A stretch of 32,000 nucleotides of DNA from Micrococcus luteus NCTC 2665 (GCF_000023205.1 NC_012803.1:420001-452000); one strand, 5' to 3'. Numbered from the stretch's first letter, positions 21,361 through 31,597 are shown. Notes: generated by a model not told the origin, from the sequence alone. Numbers and translations: made by a program.

Positions 21361-21437
21361 GGATCTTTAGCTCAGTTGGTTAGAGCGTTCGCTTCACACG
21401 CGAGAGGTCGCTGGTTCGAGTCCAGTAAGATCCACCA
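21361..21437 (+). tRNA. tRNA-Val (anticodon CAC), CCA encoded
   Basis: A hand-folded cloverleaf fits. The acceptor is ggatctt/aagatcc, the anticodon loop is ttCACac, and the T-loop is ttcgagt. Length is 77 nt. Confidence 0.95.
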
Positions 21438-21441
21438 CAGC

Positions 21442-21467
21442 AGGGCCCTCCTCCGGGAGGGCCCTTT
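21442..21467 (+). terminator. Terminator hairpin after tRNA-Val
   Basis: A perfect 10-bp stem agggccctcc / ggagggccct has loop tccg and is followed by tt. Confidence 0.65.
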
Positions 21468-21600
21468 CGCGTCCCCGGGCCGCGGCGCCGACGGCCCCGG
21501 CGGGGGAGGCGCCGGCGTGGTTGGATGGACGCGTCGGCGGGGCTCGACCCACCGCCGTGACGCGTCCAGCGCCCGCACACGGAAGGAGAGGGTGAGCCGC

Positions 21601-23505
21601 ATGGAGCAGGAGGGCACCCAGGAGCCGGCGCGGTTCGACCCCCGCATCGCGGAGCCCCCGGCCGTCCCCACGCTCATCCCCGTGCTGCGCCGGGCCGGCG
21701 CCGAGGATGCCGCCGCTGCCGGCGACCTCGCGCTCGACCCGGAGGGCCCCGGCGTGCTCGACCTCGACCCGGCGGAGTCGGCCCACCCGGCCGCGGTCGC
21801 CGTCGAGCCGACCGAACCGCTGCCGTCCGTGGTCCGCCCCGCCGCCGCCGATCCGGAGCCGGAGCCGGAGGAGCCGGCAGAGCCGGAGGCGGAGACGCTG
21901 CCGGAACCGGCCGCGGACGCGCCCCTGACCGAGCCGCCGCTGTCCGAGCAGGTGCCCACCTCCGTCCTGGCCCCCGCGGACGCCGACGGCGCCCTGCCCG
22001 CTCCGGACGTGATCCCCGCGCCGGACATCACCGTCCCGGACCCGGTGGTCCCCGTGGGCCCGCCCGAGAAGCGCGGGCGTCGGCGGGGCCGGCGCTCCCG
22101 TGAGGTCTTCGTCGAGAACCTGCCGACGCAGGCGCTCGTGCTGGCCGACCGCCTGCACTCCTCGCCGTATGGGCGCCGCATGCGCTCCACGCTGCAGCAG
22201 CGTCGCGCGGAGGCGCAGGCCCTCGAGGCCCGCACCACCCTGGACTTCGCCCTCAAGCTGGGCGAGACCATGTTCAGCTTCGGGGCGGCCTCGCTGGACG
22301 TGGAGACCTCGATCATCGTGGCCACGCAGGCCTACGGGATCCTCGAGACCGAGGTGGACCTGACCAACCAGTCCATCTCCCTGAACTACGCGCCCGACTC
22401 CTCACGCGGCGAGGCCCCGTTCACCCTCCAGCGGGTGGTCCGCTCGTCTTCGGTGAACTTCGAGGGGCTCGTGGCCGTCCACCGGCTCGTCGAGGAGATC
22501 GCCGCGGGCAAGGTGGACCGGGCCGAGGCCCAGCGCCGGCTCGTGGAGATCCGGCATCAGCCGAAGCCGTTCCCCGCCGTCTTCGAGATCCTCTTCTCCG
22601 GCGTGTTCGTGGCCTGCTTCGTGCCATTCATCGGGGGGACCTGGACGGGCGCGGCCCTGGGCATGGTCTCCACCTGGCTGGTCTTCTGGCTCAAGCTCCA
22701 GGCGGACAAGGCGCGCTTCCCGGAGATCTTCTCCACCATGTTCGGGGCGATCACGGCCACGGTGATCGCGCTGATGGCCTACGCCCTCGACCTGCCGGTC
22801 AACCCGGCGCTGGTGATCGCCGGCGGCATCATGATGCTCCTGCCCACGGCGAGGTTCGTCACCGCGGTGCAGGACGCCATCCACGGCTTCCCGGTGACCG
22901 CCGCGGGCCGCTTCCTCTCCGCGCTGCTCGTGTTCGCCGGGGTGATGGCCGGGATCATGATCGCCGTGGGCATCGGGGATCTCGTGGGATTCGAACAGCT
23001 GGACCTGGCCGAGGCGGGGACGCTGAGCTATCCGCCGCTGCTGCTGCTGGGCCTCGTGATGGCCGCGGGCATGGCGGACGCGGTGGTGGAGCAGTCGCGG
23101 TGGCCGCAGATCCTGGCCTGCGGTCTCGTGTCCGGGGCCGGCTTCGGCGCGTACCTGGCCGCGCAGCAGGTCGGGGTCAGCGACCGGCTGGTGCCCGCGG
23201 TCGCCGCGGTGGCGGTCGGGTTCCTCGGCCGCCTGGTGGCCCAGCGGCTCGCGGCCCCGGCGCTCGTGATCGTCCTACCGTCCATGCTGTTCCTGCTTCC
23301 CGGCCTCACCATGTTCCGGTCCGTCTACGGGTTCACCGTGGAGACCGGGGCCACGCTGCTGGGCGTCGAGGGACTGTTCAACGCCGCGGTCATCGTCGTG
23401 GCGATCGCGGCCGGCGTCGCCTTCGGCAACACCCTGGCCAAGCCGATCACCGACCGGATGGGCACGCTGCTGCCCACCGAGTTCGTGATGCATCAGCGCG
23501 GCTGA
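21601..23505 (+). CDS. Threonine/serine exporter (ThrE) family membrane protein with a Pro/Glu-rich N-terminal extension
   Basis: It has a DUF1212-like block LDFALKLGETMFSFGAASLDVETSI and multiple TM helices through the C-terminus. The ATG at 21601 follows ggaaggagag; the GTG at 21592 is an alternative start. The ORF-track extension upstream runs across tRNA-Val and is not coding. Confidence 0.8.
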   Translation: MEQEGTQEPARFDPRIAEPPAVPTLIPVLRRAGAEDAAAAGDLALDPEGPGVLDLDPAESAHPAAVAVEPTEPLPSVVRPAAADPEPEPEEPAEPEAETLPEPAADAPLTEPPLSEQVPTSVLAPADADGALPAPDVIPAPDITVPDPVVPVGPPEKRGRRRGRRSREVFVENLPTQALVLADRLHSSPYGRRMRSTLQQRRAEAQALEARTTLDFALKLGETMFSFGAASLDVETSIIVATQAYGILETEVDLTNQSISLNYAPDSSRGEAPFTLQRVVRSSSVNFEGLVAVHRLVEEIAAGKVDRAEAQRRLVEIRHQPKPFPAVFEILFSGVFVACFVPFIGGTWTGAALGMVSTWLVFWLKLQADKARFPEIFSTMFGAITATVIALMAYALDLPVNPALVIAGGIMMLLPTARFVTAVQDAIHGFPVTAAGRFLSALLVFAGVMAGIMIAVGIGDLVGFEQLDLAEAGTLSYPPLLLLGLVMAAGMADAVVEQSRWPQILACGLVSGAGFGAYLAAQQVGVSDRLVPAVAAVAVGFLGRLVAQRLAAPALVIVLPSMLFLLPGLTMFRSVYGFTVETGATLLGVEGLFNAAVIVVAIAAGVAFGNTLAKPITDRMGTLLPTEFVMHQRG

Positions 23506-23518
23506 CCGGCGGCCCGGC

Positions 23519-24196
23519 TCAGTCGGGCAGGCGCCAGTCCACCGGGGCCGCGCCGGCCGCCTCGAGGAGCCGGTTCACCCGGCTGAACGGCCGGGAGCCG
23601 AAGAACCCGCGGTGGGCGCTCAGGGGCGAGGGATGCGGGGACTCCACGACGCCGGCCCCCGCCGCCGTCAGCAGCGGCGCCATGCGCCGCGCGTCGGCTC
23701 CCCACAGCAGCCCCACGAGCGGGGTGCCGCGCGCGCAGAGGGCCCGCACCGCGCCCTCTGTGATCTGCTCCCAGCCGAGGCCGCGGTGGCTGCCGGGTGC
23801 GCCGGCCCGCACACTGAGGGCGCGGTTCAGCAGCAGCACGCCCTGGTCCGTCCACGCGGAGAGGTCGCCGTGGGCGGGCGGGGTGATGCCGAGGTCGTCG
23901 TGCATCTCCCGGTGGATGTTGGCCAGGGAGCGGGGCAGCGGCCGCACGTGGCGGTCCACCGCGAAGCTCAGGCCGATCGGATGGCCCGGCGTCGGGTAGG
24001 GGTCCTGGCCCAGCACGAGGACGCGGACGTCCGCGAACGGCTGGCGGAACGCCCGCAGGATGTGCTCCGGTGCGGGCAGCACCTGCTCTCCGGCCGCCCG
24101 GCGGGCCCGCAGCCGCTCGCCGACCTGCTCGAACGCGGCGGCCTGCGGGGCGAGGGCCGCCTCCCAGCCCGGATCCAGGGGCGCGATGAACTCCAT
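23519..24196 (-). CDS. ung: Uracil-DNA glycosylase (family 1)
   Basis: The motif [20 protein letters not shown] carries the water-activating GQDPY, and HPSPLSA is the Leu-intercalation loop. The start is the ATG at 24196 (MEFIAPLD). The longer ORF upstream is antisense junk. Confidence 0.92.
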   Translation of the reverse strand: MEFIAPLDPGWEAALAPQAAAFEQVGERLRARRAAGEQVLPAPEHILRAFRQPFADVRVLVLGQDPYPTPGHPIGLSFAVDRHVRPLPRSLANIHREMHDDLGITPPAHGDLSAWTDQGVLLLNRALSVRAGAPGSHRGLGWEQITEGAVRALCARGTPLVGLLWGADARRMAPLLTAAGAGVVESPHPSPLSAHRGFFGSRPFSRVNRLLEAAGAAPVDWRLPD

Positions 24197-24232
24197 GCCC
24201 CGAGGGTAGACCGGGTGGGTACAGTGGCCGCC

Positions 24233-24577
24233 ATGTCCCACCCCACGCCCGTCTCGCCCGATCCGGCCCCGGACGAGGGTGCCTGCGCGCGGGCGCGGCG
24301 GGACGAGCTGACGGACCTGGAGCGTGCGGTCCTGGACCTGGAGGCCGCCACCTGGCGGTACGGCGGGGCCAAGGGCCACGCCGTCCGAGAGCGTCTGGGG
24401 CTGTCTCCGACCGCCTATTATCAGGTGTTGAACGGATTGCTGGACCGTGAGGCCGCCCTGGCCTACCGACCCCTGCTGGTCACGCGGCTGCTGCGCAAGC
24501 GCGGCACCCGCAGCCGGGCCCGGAGGGGGCCCGCGGATCCGGCGCCGTCCACGCCCGCTTCCCGCCAGGAGAACTGA
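24233..24577 (+). CDS. DUF3263 domain protein (114 aa)
   Basis: The block [46 protein letters not shown] is typical of DUF3263. A 3-nt gap separates it from the following LytR_C gene. Confidence 0.75.
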   Translation: MSHPTPVSPDPAPDEGACARARRDELTDLERAVLDLEAATWRYGGAKGHAVRERLGLSPTAYYQVLNGLLDREAALAYRPLLVTRLLRKRGTRSRARRGPADPAPSTPASRQEN

Positions 24578-24580
24578 CCC

Positions 24581-25585
24581 ATGGCCTACCAGCCCGACCG
24601 CTTCGACGAGGTCCCCGAGTACACGGACCAGCGCGGCGCGCACCGCGAGTCCTTCGCCGTCGCCGGCGCGACCGCCACGGGCGGGGGTCGCCGCCTGAGC
24701 CCGCTGCTCTGGGTGGCCGGCCTCGTCCTGCTCGCCGGCCTGTTCGTGGGCGTCGTCCTGCCGTGGCTCACCGGCGACCGCTCCGAGCCCGTCGCCGCCG
24801 AGAGCTCGACGACGGCCCCGGCTGCCGCGCCGTCGACGTCGGCGTCGTCCGAGTCCTCCTCGGCGTCCTCCGCGTCGGCGTCGACTGCATCCGCGACCGA
24901 GTCCGCCACCCCGTCCGAGGACGCGGCGGAGGCGTCCCGTTCCGCGGCCGCGGCCGAGTCCGCGCGGGCGGCGCAGGAGGCGGCCGCCGCCGAGGCCGCC
25001 GAGTCGTCCCAGGCTGCCGCGTCGTCCCGTGCCGCCGCCGAGGCACAGGCGGCGGAGGCCTCGCGTTCCGCAGCCGCCGCGCAGTCCGCCGAGGCGTCTC
25101 GGTCGGCGGCCGCCCAGGCGGCGGAGTCCTCGCGCGCCGCCGCGTCCCGTTCGGCCGCCGAGGCGTCCCGTTCCGCCGCCGCGGCGGAGGCCTCGCGCTC
25201 GCAGGCCGCGGCCGCGTCGAGCTCTCGTGCGGCCGCACAGTCCGCGGCCGCGTCGAGCTCTCGTGCGGCCGCACAGTCCGCGGCCGCGTCGAGCTCTCGT
25301 GCGGCCGCACAGTCCTCGGCCGTGCGCGGCACCCACGTCACCGTGTACAACGCGACCCGCTCCCAGGGACTCGCCGCCTCCTACGCGCAGCGGCTCAGGA
25401 GCGCCGGCTACACCTCGGTGGACGCGAAGAACTGGAGCGGCTACGGCATCCAGTCCTCCACCGTCCTGTACAACGGCTCGGCCAACAAGGCCGCCGCCGA
25501 GGCGGTCGGCAAGGAGCTCGGCTTCCCGGTCATGCAGACCCCGAACCTGCAGGTGAACGGCGTCGCGGTGGTCGTCACCGGCTGA
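24581..25585 (+). CDS. LytR_C-domain membrane protein (VirR/Rv0431-like) with a long Ala/Ser-rich linker
   Basis: One TM helix ([22 protein letters not shown]) is followed by about 230 aa of low complexity. The C-terminal block is [26 protein letters not shown]...VAVVVTG (LytR_C). Confidence 0.8.
   Translation: MAYQPDRFDEVPEYTDQRGAHRESFAVAGATATGGGRRLSPLLWVAGLVLLAGLFVGVVLPWLTGDRSEPVAAESSTTAPAAAPSTSASSESSSASSASASTASATESATPSEDAAEASRSAAAAESARAAQEAAAAEAAESSQAAASSRAAAEAQAAEASRSAAAAQSAEASRSAAAQAAESSRAAASRSAAEASRSAAAAEASRSQAAAASSSRAAAQSAAASSSRAAAQSAAASSSRAAAQSSAVRGTHVTVYNATRSQGLAASYAQRLRSAGYTSVDAKNWSGYGIQSSTVLYNGSANKAAAEAVGKELGFPVMQTPNLQVNGVAVVVTG
25211..25318 (+). repeat. 36-bp tandem repeat x3 inside the LytR_C gene (encodes [12 protein letters not shown])
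   Basis: 25211-25246 is identical to 25247-25282. 25283-25318 matches at 35 of 36 positions. The unit is gccgcgtcgagctctcgtgcggccgcacagtccgcg. Confidence 0.95.
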
Positions 25586-25709
25586 TCCGCCCGTCGCGCG
25601 GCCGTGCCGGCCGCGCACCGCTCACGGCCCCCGGCGGGGCGCCTCCCGAGGCGTGCTGCCGGGGGCCGTCCGCCGTCCGCGGAAGAGCGGGCTCCCGCAC
25701 CGCGGACCC

Positions 25710-27545
<1,836 letters not shown>

Positions 27546-27586
27546 TCAGCCGCTGAGCCGGCCCGGCCCGTTCGGGCGCCCAGCCA

Positions 27587-27624
27587 GCGAGGCCCGTCTC
27601 CCCGTCCGGGGAGGCGGGCCTCGC
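27587..27624. terminator. Bidirectional terminator hairpin between groEL (+) and the DUF4031-HD gene (-)
   Basis: A 17-bp stem gcgaggcccgtctcccc / ggggaggcgggcctcgc (one G-U pair) has loop gtcc. Confidence 0.7.
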
Positions 27625-27655
27625 CGCGTCCGGGGCCGGCACCGGGGCGCCCCGC

Positions 27656-28588
27656 TCAGGCCGACAGCGCGGCTCGTTCCGCCGCCAGGTTGCGGCGGGC
27701 GGCGGCCTCCCACCGTGCTCGGCCGGGCGCGGTCCGATACAGCGGCCCGGCGTCCAGCAGGGCGTCCAGCACCGCGCCGCGACCGCGGGCCCAGTCCGCG
27801 TCGCACACGTGCGCGTAGTCCCGCCGCACCGCGGCCACGTAGCGGGCGTAGGCCTCGGGGGAGCGGCCGAGGACCTCGAGGTCCGCGTCCGAGAGCACCG
27901 CCCCGGCCGCGTCGTGCGGGGCGGGGTCGTGGGCGGCGGTGAGCAGCACGAGGCGTGCCACCTCGTCGACGACGTCGGCCGGCACGGCCAGCCGCGGATC
28001 GGTGAGCACGTCCCGGGCCAGGGCGGCCGAGTCCGCCTCGTCCTGGCCGGCGGGCGCGGTGGGGTCCCCGGCGTAGACGGCGTCGTGGAACCACGCGGCC
28101 AGGCGGACCGCACGCGGATCCGGCCCGGTCTCCGCCCCCGCCCGCTCGAGCAGGTCCACGGACTCGAGCACCGCGAGCAGGTGGGCCGGGTCGTGGTAGT
28201 GCCGATGCGGCTCCGCCCAGCGGGCCAGCAGGTCGCGTCCCGCCGTCGTCACCGCATCCGGGCTCGCCGCCGTGCCCTCGAACAGCCGCGCCCAGCGCCG
28301 GGCGAGGACGACGTCCCGCTTCTCGGCGCGGCTCCGGGCGGGCACGCGCAGCCCCGAGGCGGCGAGCCGACGCACCAGCTCCCGTCCGGTGACGGGCACC
28401 GCCCCGCGGGCCACGAGCTCGGCACGTCGGTGCGCGGGCACGTCGTAGTGGTCCCGGTCGAAGGCCCGCTCCGAGAGCCCTGCTGCCCGCGCGAACGCGT
28501 GGAGCTCCTCGAGGGAGGCGTCGGAGACGAGGTGGGAGAACACGGTGCCGTGGGCGGGCCACGCGGGCGGGTCGATCAGGACGGTCAT
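27656..28588 (-). CDS. Fusion protein: N-terminal DUF4031 domain plus C-terminal HD-type predicted metal-dependent phosphohydrolase
   Basis: The N-terminal 75 aa MTVLIDPPAWPAHGTVFSHLVSD..LHAFA...DHYDVP...GAVPV match the DUF4031 pattern. The C-terminal half has HRHYHDPAHL, AAWFHDAVY and LSDADLEVLG (an HD-superfamily pattern). The RBS gtggagg precedes the ATG at 28588. Confidence 0.65.
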   Translation of the reverse strand: MTVLIDPPAWPAHGTVFSHLVSDASLEELHAFARAAGLSERAFDRDHYDVPAHRRAELVARGAVPVTGRELVRRLAASGLRVPARSRAEKRDVVLARRWARLFEGTAASPDAVTTAGRDLLARWAEPHRHYHDPAHLLAVLESVDLLERAGAETGPDPRAVRLAAWFHDAVYAGDPTAPAGQDEADSAALARDVLTDPRLAVPADVVDEVARLVLLTAAHDPAPHDAAGAVLSDADLEVLGRSPEAYARYVAAVRRDYAHVCDADWARGRGAVLDALLDAGPLYRTAPGRARWEAAARRNLAAERAALSA

Positions 28589-28606
28589 GCCTCCACTCTA
28601 GGAAGC

Positions 28607-28646
28607 ACGGACCGGGGCGCGGCCGGCCGGCCGCGCCCCGGTCCGT
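28607..28646 (-). terminator. Strong hairpin directly after the WXG100 gene
   Basis: A perfect 18-bp stem acggaccggggcgcggcc / ggccgcgccccggtccgt has loop ggcc. It lies 10 nt past the WXG100 stop and about 18 nt before the next start. Confidence 0.6.
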
Positions 28647-28655
28647 TCCGGGCGC

Positions 28656-28946
28656 TCAGAACCGGAACATCGCGGCGTTGGCGGTCTCCGCGTCCTGGTA
28701 CTGGGTGGCGGCGGCGTCCATCGCGCGGCGGATGCCCGCCAGGGACTCCTCCACGCGCTGCTGGGTGGCGCGCCACTCGGTGAGCACGCCCTGGAAGTTC
28801 GCGGCCGCCTGGCCGCGCCAGGTGTCCTGCAGCTGGCGCAGGTTGGCCTCCATGGTGCTCACCTCCGCCTGGAGGCGTCCGATGGAGCCCTCCACCGCCC
28901 CGCTCTTGGCCCGCAGGTCCTCGACGTCGATCTGCACGATGCTCAT
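28656..28946 (-). CDS. WXG100 (ESAT-6/EsxA-like) family protein, 96 aa
   Basis: The size is about 100 aa with a helix-turn-helix composition. There is a central W-x-G (DTWRGQAA) and a C-terminal YxxxE (YQDAE). The RBS gagggga precedes the ATG at 28946. Confidence 0.8.
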   Translation of the reverse strand: MSIVQIDVEDLRAKSGAVEGSIGRLQAEVSTMEANLRQLQDTWRGQAAANFQGVLTEWRATQQRVEESLAGIRRAMDAAATQYQDAETANAAMFRF

Positions 28947-29001
28947 GTGACTGTCCCCTCTGACGAGTGCTGATGGGCGGCGGGTGCCGCCGGGCACCAC
29001 G

Positions 29002-30807
29002 CTAGGGACGGGCGTCCCGCTCCGCCGCCGGGTCGTCCTCGCCTGGGGACGGGGGGTCGGCCTGAGGCGCCTGTGCAGGAGCAGACGCCCGACGGCGGCG
29101 CTCGGCCGAGGCGCGACGGAACCGCTCCGCCGCACGCAGCAGGCGGCTGCTCCGGGCGGCGTCCGCGGCGCTGGCGCCGGCGCCCGACGGCGCGGCCAGG
29201 GCGAGGGGGCCGGTGGGCGGACCGGCCGCGTCGTCGTCGGTGTCCCGTGCGGGCAGGCGCTCGTCCTCGACGTCCTCGTCCGCCTCGTCCTCGAACGGTG
29301 CCCACGGCAGGTGGACGGAGAAGGTGGCGCCGCCGCCCTCGGTCTCCAGCAGTCGGACGGAGCCGCCGTGCTGGGCCACGATCGCCGCGACGATGGCCAG
29401 GCCGAGCCCCGTGCCGCCCGTCTCGCGGTGCCGGGAGGTGTCCGCGCGGTAGAACCGCTCGAAGATGCGGGCACGGTCCTCCTCGGACACGCCCGCCCCG
29501 TGGTCACGGATCTCGATCACGGAGCTGCGGCCCGCACCGTCCGCCCCCGCCTGGCCGCCGAGGTGGTCGACGGTGCCGACCGCGATCTCGATGGGGGTGC
29601 CGGCGGGGGTGTAGCGCAGGGCGTTGGTCATGAGGTTCACGACCACCTGGCGCATCCGGTTCTCGTCGCCGAGGATGGGCGCCGGGGCCGCCCGGTCGTC
29701 GTCGGGGCCCACGAGGGTGACCTTGCGGTCCGGGGCGTTCACGGACGCGTCCATCAGGGAGTCCATCGCGAGGATGAGCAGGTCCACCGGGGCGTGCTCG
29801 AGGGGGCGCTGCTCGTCGAGACGGGCCAGGGTGAGCAGGTCCTCCACGAGGCGGGTCATGCGGGTGGCCTCGGACTCGATGCGCTGCATGGCGGCGGCGA
29901 CGTCCTCCTCCTCGCGCAGCCCGCCGTGCCGGTACAGCTCGGAGAACCCGCGGATGGTGACCAGGGGCGTGCGCAGCTCGTGGGAGGCGTCCTGCACGAA
30001 GCGGCGCATCTTGTCCTCGGAGATCTCCTTGTCCCGGAACGCGGACTCGATGTGCGCGAGCATCGCGTTGAGAGAGCGGGAGAGCCGGCCCACCTCGGTG
30101 TCGGGCGCCGCGCTCTCCACGCGCTGGCTCAGGTCGCCGGCGGCGATCTTGGCGGCGGTGCGCTCCACGCGGTTCAGGGTGCGGAACGCGCGCTGGACCG
30201 CCAGGTTGGCCACGATCACGGTGCCCGCCGTCGCGAGCAGGCCGATGGTCACGACGATCGAGGTGACGCGCTCGACGGAGGAGGTCACGCTCTGCAGGGG
30301 AAGGGCCACGGCCATGGTGCCGTCGCCGCTGCTGAGCCCGTACAGCTGCACGCGCCAGCCGCTCGAGTCCGGCTGTGTGCCGGGCACCTCGAAGGAGGCG
30401 GAGCCGCGCTCCAGGGCCTCGGCCGGGGTGATGTCCGGCAGGGCCGGCTCGTCCGCACCCGGCATCACCGGGGTCTGGACGACCCGCGCGCCCTCGTTGT
30501 CCCACACGACGCCGTAGAAGCGCAGGATGGGCAGCTGCGGCATGTAGTACTCGCCGGTCTGGGCGACGTTGGCCAGGTACATCGAGACGGTGTCCCGGTT
30601 GGCGGCCATGTCCTCGTCCAGCTGGCGCACCGCCTCCTGGCGGAACAGCACCGCGGTCGCCACGGCGGTGACGGCGACCAGGGCCAGCATGAGCGCCGCG
30701 ATCATCACGACCAGCTTGGTGCGCAGGGACTGCCCCTGCCACGTGCCCCTCAGCCAGGCGCGCGGATGGCGGACGTGGGCCGCCGCGGCGTCGAGCCGCG
30801 CACGCAC
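29002..30807 (-). CDS. Sensor histidine kinase, PhoR-like (M. tuberculosis Rv0758 type), with an extra C-terminal tail of about 100 aa
   Basis: It has two TM helices flanking a periplasmic-type loop and a HAMP domain (TEVGRLSRSLNAMLAHIE). The H-box is SEDKMRRFVQDASHELRTPLVTIRGFSELY, and the HATPase blocks are NALRYTP, DHGAGV and GGTGLGLAIV. The GTG start lies 1 nt after the RR stop. Confidence 0.85.
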   Translation of the reverse strand: MRARLDAAAAHVRHPRAWLRGTWQGQSLRTKLVVMIAALMLALVAVTAVATAVLFRQEAVRQLDEDMAANRDTVSMYLANVAQTGEYYMPQLPILRFYGVVWDNEGARVVQTPVMPGADEPALPDITPAEALERGSASFEVPGTQPDSSGWRVQLYGLSSGDGTMAVALPLQSVTSSVERVTSIVVTIGLLATAGTVIVANLAVQRAFRTLNRVERTAAKIAAGDLSQRVESAAPDTEVGRLSRSLNAMLAHIESAFRDKEISEDKMRRFVQDASHELRTPLVTIRGFSELYRHGGLREEEDVAAAMQRIESEATRMTRLVEDLLTLARLDEQRPLEHAPVDLLILAMDSLMDASVNAPDRKVTLVGPDDDRAAPAPILGDENRMRQVVVNLMTNALRYTPAGTPIEIAVGTVDHLGGQAGADGAGRSSVIEIRDHGAGVSEEDRARIFERFYRADTSRHRETGGTGLGLAIVAAIVAQHGGSVRLLETEGGGATFSVHLPWAPFEDEADEDVEDERLPARDTDDDAAGPPTGPLALAAPSGAGASAADAARSSRLLRAAERFRRASAERRRRASAPAQAPQADPPSPGEDDPAAERDARP

Positions 30808-30808
30808 G

Positions 30809-31519
30809 TCAGCGCTTGTCCGCGGTGCGGAGCATGTAGCCGACGCCGCGCTTGGTGTGGATCATCTTCTCGTGGCCGCCGACGTCGATCTTGCGGCGCA
30901 GGTAGGAGATGTAGGACTCGACGATCGAGGCGTCCCCGTTGAAGTCGTACTCCCACACGTGGTCCAGGATCTGGGCCTTCGAGAGCACCCGGTTCGGGTT
31001 CATCATGAGGTAGCGCAGCAGCTTGAACTCGGTGGGGGAGAGCTCCACGACCTCGCCGCCGCGGCGGACCTCGTGCGCGTCGTCGTCGAGCTCGAGATCG
31101 TCCACGCGCAGCACCGCCGCGTCGTCGTCGTCGAGGGAGGCAGTGCGGCGCAGCACGGCGCGGATGCGGGCGACCACCTCGTCGAGGGAGAACGGCTTGG
31201 TCACGTAGTCGTCGCCGCCGACCGTCAGGCCGGTGATCTTGTCCTCGGTGCCGTCCCGCGCGGTGAGGAACACGACGGGGAAGTGACGGCCGGCGGAGCG
31301 CAGGCGGCGGGTCACGGTGAAGCCGTCCATGTCCGGGAGCATCACGTCCAGCACGGCCAGGTCCGGCTGGAACTCCTCGGCGGCGTCCAGGGCCTCCCGG
31401 CCGTTGGCCGCGGCCGTGACCTCGAAGCCGGCGTAGCGCAGGGATGTGGAGAGCAGCTCGCGGATGTTGGGCTCGTCGTCCACCACCAGGAGGCGTGCTT
31501 CGGGGTTCTGAGGCTGCAT
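30809..31519 (-). CDS. OmpR-family response regulator, PhoP-like (M. tuberculosis Rv0757 type)
   Basis: The receiver is LLVVDDEPNIRELLSTSLRYAGFEV...DVMLPDMDGF...FLTARD...GGDDYVTKPFSLDEVVARI. The winged helix is LSPTEFKLLRYL...ESYISYLRRKID...RGVGYML. It closely resembles Mtb PhoP as I recall it. Confidence 0.85.
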   Translation of the reverse strand: MQPQNPEARLLVVDDEPNIRELLSTSLRYAGFEVTAAANGREALDAAEEFQPDLAVLDVMLPDMDGFTVTRRLRSAGRHFPVVFLTARDGTEDKITGLTVGGDDYVTKPFSLDEVVARIRAVLRRTASLDDDDAAVLRVDDLELDDDAHEVRRGGEVVELSPTEFKLLRYLMMNPNRVLSKAQILDHVWEYDFNGDASIVESYISYLRRKIDVGGHEKMIHTKRGVGYMLRTADKR

Positions 31520-31597
31520 GGGGCCCAGTCAACCGCTCTGACCTGGGAACACCCTGAAAGGGTGCTGGATGTCGCGGGGCGTCGTCGGCCCGGCGGC

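Noticed and set aside
18965-21437. The S8 protease gene between tRNA-Thr and tRNA-Val as a possible tRNA-targeted genomic islet.
   Set aside because: There is no integrase and no direct repeat of either tRNA 3' end. GC content and codon bias are indistinguishable from the surroundings.
21274-21600. The N-terminal extension of the ThrE-family ORF (start at 21274).
   Set aside because: It runs straight through the tRNA-Val gene and its terminator. An SD-preceded ATG at 21601 gives a sensible start.
24197-25618. The upstream 470 aa or so of the 699-aa minus-strand ORF that ends as ung. Other ORFs antisense to or out of frame with the LytR_C gene (24586..25350, 24768..25310, 24763..25821) belong here too.
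   Set aside because: They are artefacts of the Ala/Ser-coding repeats (GCN/TCN read as RRG-type repeats in other frames). Ung has a complete N-terminus from the ATG at 24196.
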